DNA of 64,000 nucleotides from a virus (taxonomy: Duplodnaviria; Caudoviricetes), in the IMG/VR virus record IMGVR_UViG_3300006169_000009, positions 42,056-106,055 of that record; one strand, written 5' to 3'. The stretch's first letter is position 1. Each line of letters starts with the position of its first letter. The position numbers and the translations under genes were made by a program. The notes beneath the pieces are model-generated. The model had not been told where the DNA came from, ran no database searches, and was given only the letters and a program-made list of their open reading frames with translations. Shown in pieces: positions 18,903 to 25,912 of this stretch.

Positions 18903-19049
18903 CTACTTCTTGCGGCCCTTCTTGGCCTTCGCCTTCTTGGCGTCGGCGTTGCTGATGGCCGCAGCCTTGGACTTGCTCATGCCCTTGGCCTTCAACGCGT
19001 CGTACTCCGAAGGCTTCTTGATGCTCGGGCCGTGATCCTTACCTGGCAC
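18903..19049 (-). CDS. Small basic protein (host-like PGPSIK...YEAL...GMSK.KAAAI.N family)
   Basis: GTG start after GAGGAG; HGPSIKKPSEYDALKAKGMSKSKAAAISNA. Confidence 0.6.
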   Translation of the reverse strand: MPGKDHGPSIKKPSEYDALKAKGMSKSKAAAISNADAKKAKAKKGRKK

Positions 19050-19083
19050 TGTCCTTCTCCTCTCAGACATGGCCAGTGTAGCG

Positions 19084-19156
19084 AGCCCCTGACAGGATTC
19101 GAACCCGCATTTCGCCTGAGTCGTATTCAGGTGCCTCTCCGTTAGACTACAGGGGC
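19084..19156 (-). tRNA. tRNA-Arg(ACG)
   Basis: Cloverleaf; anticodon arm cctga-atACGac-tcagg. Confidence 0.85.
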
Positions 19157-19157
19157 G

Positions 19158-19231
19158 TGGAGATGCTTCCCGGAGTCGAACCGGGGTGAACGGGTTTGCA
19201 GCCCGCCGCCTAGCCTCTCGGCCAAAGCATC
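19158..19231 (-). tRNA. tRNA-Cys(GCA), CCA encoded
   Basis: Cloverleaf; ctGCAaa loop. Confidence 0.9.
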
Positions 19232-19235
19232 TCGG

Positions 19236-19319
19236 TGCAGGGTGAAGGACTCGAACCTCCAAGGTCAGATGACACCTGGTTTACAGCCAGGGACGCTACC
19301 AGTTACGCTCTAACCCTGC
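19236..19319 (-). tRNA. tRNA-Tyr(GTA)
   Basis: Cloverleaf with long variable arm; ctGTAaa loop. Confidence 0.9.
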
Positions 19320-19321
19320 GG

Positions 19322-19396
19322 GGTGGCGGACGGCCCTCGAAGCCGCTAATCGACAGATTCACAGTCTGCCCGCTCGTCCACTTCGCGTTCCGCCAC
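19322..19396 (-). tRNA. tRNA-His(GTG), divergent T-arm
   Basis: gtggcgg/ccgccac acceptor; ctGTGaa loop. Confidence 0.75.
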
Positions 19397-19398
19397 AG

Positions 19399-19469
19399 TG
19401 CTCCCAGAGGGATTCGAACCCCCAGTCACGGTGTGTAAGACCGATGGTTTGCCGTTAACCGACAGGAGC
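19399..19469 (-). tRNA. tRNA-Val(TAC)
   Basis: Cloverleaf; ctTACac loop. Confidence 0.85.
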
Positions 19470-19540
19470 AAACGGGCTTGGGGTGTCGACTGGTCCCCGC
19501 TTCACGGATTCAAACCGATGGACGAGCCCCGCGCCCAACG

Positions 19541-19612
19541 CGGTGAGTACGGGGATCGAACCCGTGGCCTTCCGGCTGACAACCGGCTGCGCTGCCTCTG
19601 CGCCAACCCACC
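19541..19612 (-). tRNA. tRNA-Asp(GTC)
   Basis: Cloverleaf; ttGTCag loop. Confidence 0.85.
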
Positions 19613-19617
19613 TAGCG

Positions 19618-19691
19618 TGGAGAATGAGGGACTCGAACCCTCCAGGCCGCGATCTTGCAAGGATCGCCCGGGTAACCCGTGCCCATTCCCC
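19618..19691 (-). tRNA. tRNA-Ala(TGC), atypical D-arm
   Basis: G3.U70 acceptor; ctTGCaa loop. Confidence 0.8.
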
Positions 19692-19692
19692 T

Positions 19693-19768
19693 TGGCTGAT
19701 CTGGTAGGACTCGAACCTACAACCCCCTGATTAACAGTCAGGTGCGCTGCCAATTGCGCCACAGACCA
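19693..19768 (-). tRNA. tRNA-Asn(GTT), CCA encoded
   Basis: Cloverleaf; ctGTTaa loop. Confidence 0.92.
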
Positions 19769-19773
19769 ATGAG

Positions 19774-19846
19774 TAGCGGTGACGGGATTCGAACCCGTAG
19801 TACCCAGATTATGAGTCTGGCGTGTTGCCGATTACACCACACCGCG
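19774..19846 (-). tRNA. tRNA-Met(CAT) with C1:U72 mismatch
   Basis: Cloverleaf; ctCATaa loop. Confidence 0.88.
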
Positions 19847-19851
19847 ATGCG

Positions 19852-19924
19852 TACGCCCAGTAGGACTCGAACCTACAACCCTCTGATTAAGAGTCAGATG
19901 CTCTACCAATTGAGCCATAGGCGC
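19852..19924 (-). tRNA. tRNA-Lys(CTT)
   Basis: Cloverleaf; ctCTTaa loop. Confidence 0.92.
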
Positions 19925-20022
19925 ATGTTGCTGACTTGCCCAACAAGGTTGTGCCACGTTGTTGGCGCTTCCGCAGGGCTAGGCACGTTAGAGCCCCCGC
20001 ACCGACTGTCAGCGAGCCGTCG

Positions 20023-20096
20023 TGTCCTCGGAGGGACTTGAACCCCCAACCTGCAGGCTCTCGACCTGCCGCCTCTGCCGATTGGGCTACGAGGAC
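20023..20096 (-). tRNA. tRNA-Leu(GAG), C33, short variable loop
   Basis: gcagg-tcGAGag-cctgc anticodon arm. Confidence 0.8.
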
Positions 20097-20173
20097 AAGC
20101 CCGGACGTCTCCGGGTCGTTCTCATTACGTCGGGTGGCTCCACACCGGCTCGTCAGCCGGGATCACCCGAGGG

Positions 20174-20247
20174 TATCCGTGGAGGGACTCGAACCCCCAA
20201 CATCTTGATCCTGAATCAAGCGCCTCTGCCAGTTGGACTACACGGAC
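20174..20247 (-). tRNA. tRNA-Leu(CAG), short variable loop
   Basis: cttga-ttCAGga-tcaag anticodon arm. Confidence 0.85.
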
Positions 20248-20334
20248 ATGCGTGGGGATACCATTCGCCCCACCACCAGGCTCTACAATCCCATTCCACC
20301 TCGGCTCCCGTAGGCTTCGGCCCTGGCCCTTACG

Positions 20335-20418
20335 CGGAGAGAGCAGGATTCGAACCTGCGGGACGCGAGGCCCACTGAGTTAGCAACTCAGCGCAATAAA
20401 CCGCTCTGCCACCTCTCC
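20335..20418 (-). tRNA. tRNA-Ser(GCT)
   Basis: Long variable arm; ttGCTaa loop. Confidence 0.9.
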
Positions 20419-20494
20419 TGGACCCCCCAGCAGGATTCGAACCCGCAACGCCCGGCTTAGAACACCGTCAGTCTATCCGTTGACCTATAGGGGG
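20419..20494 (-). tRNA. tRNA-Arg(TCT), CCA encoded
   Basis: gtTCTaa loop; canonical T-arm. Confidence 0.8.
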
Positions 20495-20498
20495 ATAG

Positions 20499-20573
20499 TG
20501 CGCTGCTCAGGGCTCGAACCTGAAACATCCGGGGTTTGAATCCGGCACCTCTGCCAAATTGGGTCAGCAGCGC
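20499..20573 (-). tRNA. tRNA-Leu(CAA), short variable loop
   Basis: ttCAAac loop. Confidence 0.82.
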
Positions 20574-20692
20574 GTGTGCGAGTCTGCAAGCGCACTCGGC
20601 GCGTTATCGGTGCTTCACGTACCGTCGTCAGGCCAAAGGCTTCTTTCCCTCTTCCGTCGAAGAGGATCGAGAACGGTAACTTGCAGACCCAG

Positions 20693-20776
20693 AGGAGGGT
20701 AGAGGGTTCGAACCCCTGCCCCGAAGGACACTCCAGTTTTCTAGACTGGTCGCCAGCCACTCCAGCAGTACCCTCC
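20693..20776 (-). tRNA. tRNA-Ser(AGA)
   Basis: ccagt-ctAGAaa-actgg anticodon arm; long variable arm. Confidence 0.8.
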
Positions 20777-20780
20777 GAAG

Positions 20781-20853
20781 TACCCCCAACGGGATTCGAA
20801 CCCGTGTTAGCGGCTTGAAAGGCCGCCGTCCTAGTCCACTAGACGATAAGGGT
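20781..20853 (-). tRNA. tRNA-Glu(TTC)
   Basis: ctTTCaa loop. Confidence 0.9.
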
Positions 20854-20854
20854 A

Positions 20855-20930
20855 TGGCAGTCCGTGCGGGAGTCGAACCCGCGTCACCTGGCTGAGAACC
20901 AGACATCCTGGGCCACTAGACGAACGGACC
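20855..20930 (-). tRNA. tRNA-Glu(CTC), CCA encoded
   Basis: ttCTCag loop. Confidence 0.9.
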
Positions 20931-20995
20931 AAGTGCTGTGGCTTGTCGGACCAGAGCATGAGTCAGCAGGCCCGAGTGGACCTCCAACACCGGAG

Positions 20996-21069
20996 TTGGG
21001 GTGGCAGGGCTTGAACCTGCGCATCCGTGCTTATCAGGCACGAGCCTTGACCGACTTGGCTACACCCCA
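20996..21069 (-). tRNA. tRNA-Ile(GAT)
   Basis: ctGATaa loop. Confidence 0.88.
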
Positions 21070-21074
21070 TCGCG

Positions 21075-21146
21075 CTCCTCCCCAAGGACTCGAACCTCGA
21101 CCGGATGAATCAGAGTCACCCGTGCTGCCAATTACACCAAGGAGGA
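21075..21146 (-). tRNA. tRNA-Gln(CTG)
   Basis: ctCTGat loop. Confidence 0.9.
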
Positions 21147-21252
21147 AAGACGCGGACCCATGGCACTACATGGGCTACCCGCTCTGACCACCCCAGGTCT
21201 GCACCGTCCTCTGTGCAGTGTTCAGGCGAGGACACCTTGGGGGAGTGCGCAG

Positions 21253-21326
21253 AGCCTCGTGGAGGATTCGAACCCCCAGCGCGCTGATTACTAAACAGCC
21301 GTTCTGCCAGTTGGAACTAACGAGGC
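21253..21326 (-). tRNA. tRNA-Thr(AGT)
   Basis: gctgt-ttAGTaa-tcagc anticodon arm; canonical D and T arms. Confidence 0.8.
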
Positions 21327-21400
21327 ATGCGTACCGTGTTCGCGAAGGGCGGTACAACCCCTCCTCTAGAACGCCGCTTGTGCGACGGTGCGATCATACG

Positions 21401-21472
21401 AGCGCCGCAGGGGACTCGAACCCCCACCCTATGCTTGGAAGGCATCGATGCTGCCATTAACACCAACGGCGC
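21401..21472 (-). tRNA. tRNA-Gly(TCC)
   Basis: ctTCCaa loop. Confidence 0.88.
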
Positions 21473-21658
21473 GTGTGTCGGGGACGCAGCGCGGAAACGA
21501 GGGGCGTGATCAGTCTCTCGCATGGACCTTGCTTCGCCAGGAGGCAGCGTTGACGCCCCCGACTTTTATCACCATGACCCAACCCTTCGGTTGAGTAGTT
21601 GAAGCGCGGAGTGGAAGACATCCGCCGTGGGGGCGTAGTTTGTGGCCCCGCGCTTCTG

Positions 21659-21731
21659 TGCCGCCCCGAGGACTCGAACCTCGGCCTCCCGGTTTTCAGC
21701 CGGGCGCTCTACCTGTTGTCGCTAGAGCGGC
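21659..21731 (-). tRNA. tRNA-Phe(GAA)
   Basis: ctGAAaa loop. Confidence 0.88.
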
Positions 21732-21790
21732 ATGAGCGGGTCTAGGGTTGTCGACACTTAGCCCCATCGAGGGGGACTCTAGGCCCGCAG

Positions 21791-21864
21791 TCTGAGTGGG
21801 AGGATTTGAACCCCCGACCTCCTGAACCCAAATCAGGCGGCATACCTGGCTTGCCTACACTCAG
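21791..21864 (-). tRNA. tRNA-Pro(TGG)
   Basis: ttTGGgt loop. Confidence 0.88.
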
Positions 21865-21967
21865 ATCGACAGGGCTTGGCAGGCCCTGTCATGGCTCCAC
21901 TGTTGAGTTCTCAATGTGCAAGTGGTTCGGGCTTCCACCTCCCGGCTTCTTGCCCGCCCACGAGAAG

Positions 21968-21997
21968 ACCTTAGCGCCGCCCAGTTCGGCCTGTCAA
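21968..21997 (-). promoter_or_regulatory. Sigma70-type promoter for the tRNA array
   Basis: TTGACA-N18-TAAGGT upstream of tRNA-Pro. Confidence 0.6.
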
Positions 21998-22009
21998 GAG
22001 GTCTTCTAG

Positions 22010-22084
22010 CCCCGGTGTGAGGAATCGAACCCCAGCAGCAAGAGTTTTGGAGGCTCTCCGTCGTACGCCACCGACTGCACCGGA
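22010..22084 (-). tRNA. tRNA-Trp(CCA), divergent
   Basis: ctCCAaa loop; GGTTCGATTCC T-arm. Confidence 0.7.
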
Positions 22085-22253
22085 TTGAAGGATGACACTG
22101 CTTCGGTTTACCACGGGTCTTACGCGGTCTCTGTGCCTAGAGACGGCTGCCCTGTCAGAACTGGTTCTTGTCCCAGGAGGTCGACGCGAGCATGCCGCCG
22201 ACCGGTCGGTGACCGGTGGCTTCGCGAATGCTCTCGAACGTCATGAGACCAGG

Positions 22254-22841
22254 CTACGCCCACTCCGGCTGTAGTGTCAAATGCCAGAGGTCGATCTTCT
22301 CCGCGAACTCCTTCAGGCCGGTCACGCGGTACCTCGCAGGCCAGTCCTCGTTCTCGTTCCAGGGCCGGTTGACGAGGTAGGACGGAACCCCGAACGCACT
22401 GACAGCGGTCGTGTTGCGCACGTGGTCGTCTACGAAGGCATCCAGTCCCAGGTTGTAGGCCACGGCTCCCTTCTTCTGCGTAAAGTGCAGGGAGTCGTGA
22501 GGAATCGCCTTCTTGCGCAGCCACAGGCGCGTGTGCTCGCGGATGAGGTCACCGTCCTGGAAGTAGCCTCGGGCGGTGATCAGGTGGATCTTGTGTCCCC
22601 GGCTCTTCATGCGCCGTAGGGCGGCCACGGCTCCGGGTACCACCGGCAGGTCGAGCAGGTAGCCGCGCAGCAGCGCCTTGTGCAGAGTGTCGTACCAGAC
22701 CTGGTCCTTGCAGCCGTACTCCTCGTAGGGGGTCCAGGTGCGCGGGGTGACACCGTTGGTAATACCGGCTTGGACGCAGGCGTCGTGGCTACCGTAGTAC
22801 CACTCCGCCACGACGTCATCGATGTCGACGCCGATGTGCAT
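22254..22841 (-). CDS. HAD-superfamily 5'(3')-deoxyribonucleotidase (NT5C-like)
   Basis: MHIGVDIDDVV, LITAR, FVDDH and RPWN motifs; start re-assigned. Confidence 0.85.
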   Translation of the reverse strand: MHIGVDIDDVVAEWYYGSHDACVQAGITNGVTPRTWTPYEEYGCKDQVWYDTLHKALLRGYLLDLPVVPGAVAALRRMKSRGHKIHLITARGYFQDGDLIREHTRLWLRKKAIPHDSLHFTQKKGAVAYNLGLDAFVDDHVRNTTAVSAFGVPSYLVNRPWNENEDWPARYRVTGLKEFAEKIDLWHLTLQPEWA

Positions 22842-22842
22842 G

Positions 22843-23163
22843 TCAGGCTCTCTTCGTCGTGCCCTTCCGGGCGGTGGTGGCAGGCTTGGCCGTGGTCTTC
22901 TTGGCGGGCCTGCGGCGCTGCCGTGTCTTGGTAGCGTCCACCAAGGTAACCACACTGAGGGTGAACTCGTCAATCTTCCACAACTTGCGCCAGCGGATCG
23001 TACCGTCAGGAGTGGTGATCTGGATGTACTCGCGCTCCAGTGCGCCGGAGAAGATCGGGTCGTACAGCGCGTGGGCCTGAGCCAGCGTCTGCACGATGTC
23101 GAACGTCTCGCTGGTCCCGTCCTCATACCCGAGATACAGTCGGGTTCCGGTCAGGGCTTCCAT
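22843..23163 (-). CDS. Hypothetical protein with basic tail
   Basis: GAGGAG RBS; K/R/T-rich C-terminus. Confidence 0.6.
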   Translation of the reverse strand: MEALTGTRLYLGYEDGTSETFDIVQTLAQAHALYDPIFSGALEREYIQITTPDGTIRWRKLWKIDEFTLSVVTLVDATKTRQRRRPAKKTTAKPATTARKGTTKRA

Positions 23164-23345
23164 GGCCCCAGGATACTCCTCAGAGGGAGCCGTCGGCTAC
23201 CCCGTCGATGAAGTGGTCCGGGCTCGGAGGCGACTCGCTACCCTCCGTAGCGAAGGCTACCCACCAGCGCTTGCGCACAGCGACTTCCTCGGGGTCCATC
23301 TCGGCCCCGGCGGCACCATGTGCGAAGTCAGCCAGTCGCATGCCT

Positions 23346-25702
23346 CTAGCGTACAGGGTCGACCAGTGAAGGCCGTGGTCTTACAGTCGGCCTGTTCAGG
23401 CCAGAGGCTTCAGCAGAGCACGTGCAGTGCCCGCCTCGGTACGGGAAGCGCTTCGGGCAGCCCTGGAGGTGGAAGGTGACTTCCATCCCCCGTTCCTGCC
23501 ACGGGGTTTGCTTGGTCGTCATGTAGACCATGGTAGTCCTTTCGGTCTATGCGCTGATGAAGGTGTCATAGTCGTCAGGCGGCTTTGGTCTACGTCCGCC
23601 CTCGATGTACTGGTCAGCCTTCCAGATCCCGCACATGAGAAGCCAGAACGAAGTGAAGATCAGCGCCACTGCCACCTTACCCAGCAACTCGCTCTGCAGC
23701 AGCCCGGCGAACCAGATCACCGCGATCAGCGCGCCCATGGCTACTGCCGCGAATCCGAAGTAGGGGTTGGTGGGTGGTTCGAAGCGGGTACGGCTAGGGA
23801 GTCGGGTTCTCATGAGCCTCTCGTAGTTCCTTCTGAGCATCAACCACGGCCTGCAGCGTGATGGCGTTGTTGGCCGCCGTACGCCAGCGCTCGTACCAGA
23901 AGTCGCGGTCGTCCTCTAGTTCACTGATGGTGGGCTGGATGGCCTCTTGGATGGACCGGGCCAGGGTACGGTCGTTGTACCCGGCCTCGAACAGCACCAG
24001 GCTCGGGAGGGTCCGAAGGATGGTTTCGGTCAACTCATCCTTGTTCACCGGCATTGGCACGGTTTACCTTCTTTCGAAGCCACTTGCGCATGAGACGCTC
24101 AGGCGTCGGTGTCAGGGCGAGGTGTGCCCACTGGATCCACGTCATTGTGATCGTCCTCTCGCAGAAGGCGAGCCTTAACCCTACGGTACGCCTCGATCTT
24201 CTCGTCCACGTCGTGTACATCGGGGTTACCCCGCATACGCTCGAACCAGGAGATGTCGCGGTCGATCTGCTTACGCAGAGTAGTCACGATCTGACGTACA
24301 CCGCGCTCGACCTTGTCCTCGTCGTAGTCCGCGATGTCAGGCAGTTCAGTGGGCCGCCTTAACTTCCGCAGAAGTTTAGGCGACTCCCAGAACGAGCCAG
24401 CGTCGAACTCGATGCTCACAGAAGCACCATCCCCAGGACCAGGGCGATGACTAGCACCGACAGGACGGTCTGATAGACACGAGCGATACGCAGGCTGGTG
24501 CGCAGCCGGTCGACCTCACGGGTCTGCAGCGCTACCCGGCTCTGAGAGGCCAGGTACCGCTCGTTCTCCCGCTTCCAGTTGGCGTGTGCGGTACGACGCT
24601 GCCCGCGCATGAAGTTCATCTCGCGAGAGTGCTTCAGCCCAAAGACCATCTGGTCGCGGGCGTACTCCTCGGAGAGATCACCTCGCACCTTCCCGAAGTC
24701 GTAGACGATGTCGCGGAAGGTCTTGTTGAAGTAGGCGGTCTCTTCCGGCGGTACGGACGGCAGTGGCTCAGCCATGGGTTTCCTCTCGGGTGGGTGCTAC
24801 GAGCCTACTGGAGGAATGGTGCTCTGTCCAGGGACGTAGACGGTTTCAGTAGTGATCCGGCGTACCCGGAACTCCCAGCCGCTGTCGTGACGCTGGCTGA
24901 ACTCGAAGCGCTGGCTGCAGACCGCAACCGCCTCTTCGTAGTAGTAGCGCGAATCGGTACCTCGCCACATACGGTGATGCTCGATGTGATCGTTGAGGTT
25001 GCGGTGCTCGACCGTGTAGTACTCCTCGCGGTCACTTCCAGCGGATTCGGGCGGCGTTGAAGCCTGAAGCATGGTCTCCACCGTGTCCTCTCTTCCTGGT
25101 GCAGTAGCGCCACTGCTCAGCGTCGTACATGTCCTCGCAGCGGTCGTTCATGTGTGGCTGGACGGAGAATGCCATCTCCTGGTCGATCAGGAGGTTCTCG
25201 GCCTTGCGAGCCTGCTCCTCCATGTCCTTGGCCCAGGCTTCGAGCCACTCCAGGAAGGCGAACTCCGACACCAGCGGTAGGGTCTCGGGCTTATCCATAC
25301 CGCAACGGTAGCGGCTCTCCTACTTGCTGTCTAGGGGTCGTACCCAGGAAGGGCACGGACATCCGTCGATCCGGCAGAACCCGTGCGGCTGCTGATGGTC
25401 GATGCGCTCATGATCGCAGTCGGAGTTCGCACACCGGATCGACCAGCGTGCGGTCATCCCGTTGGACTTCCTCGTCACTTCGCCGGGACTTCCTCGATTC
25501 GAAACACGTCGAGGGTCTTAGGTTCGACCCGGAACTGCTGGGCCACATGGTTGATGGCCTTCTGGCCCGCGTCCTTCTCGTTGAAGGCCCACAGGTTGTA
25601 CGACCCCTGCAAGCCGTCAGGCTCGCTGCTGGGCTCGTACACGATGACGCTGTACTCTCTCATGCCACGACTCCTCATCGCCTGCTCGGTGAACGCCAGC
25701 AT
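23346..25702 (-). CDS. Run of small hypothetical genes (23346-23522, 23547-23813 membrane, 23794-24060, 24099-24419, 24416-24775, 24797-25081, 25032-25298, 25475-25702)
   Basis: Co-oriented, abutting or overlapping ORFs; no family recognised. Confidence 0.55.
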
Positions 25703-25912
25703 CTACACAGCGTACCCTCTGTCCGCCTCTGAGAGCCCGCCCCAGACGCCGTAGCGCTCCGGGCGGGACATTGCCCAGAAGGCACACTGCGAGCGCTCAG
25801 GGCAGCGCATGCAGAGCCTCTTGGCTAAATCTGACTTGCCTCCGGGCTTGGGGAAGAAGATCTCAGGGTCGGTCTGGGCGCACAGCGCTCCCGGCAGTTC
25901 CGGGACGATCAC
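25703..25912 (-). CDS. whiB: WhiB family transcription factor
   Basis: C.QTDPEIFFP...AKRLCMRCPERSQC...YGVWGGLSE. Confidence 0.93.
   Translation of the reverse strand: MIVPELPGALCAQTDPEIFFPKPGGKSDLAKRLCMRCPERSQCAFWAMSRPERYGVWGGLSEADRGYAV

Noticed and set aside
19474-19537. Y RNA (YrlA) call
   Set aside because: A T-loop-like hairpin and GTCGA are present, but the full YrlA architecture is not evident and no Ro60 gene is in the window; kept only as a generic structured spacer
20099-20170. Hammerhead ribozyme suggested by CTGACGA
   Set aside because: No GAAA or stem II/III arrangement; the motif lies within a simple hairpin
20419-20494. Possible amber suppressor (CTA) reading of this tRNA
   Set aside because: The anticodon stem pairs only when the loop is centred on TCT, and TAG is used as a normal stop in the window
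21331-21395. Additional degenerate tRNA
   Set aside because: It has a closing stem but no credible T-loop or anticodon arm
19235-22009. ORF-track proteins within the tRNA array
   Set aside because: They overlap tRNA genes and are spurious
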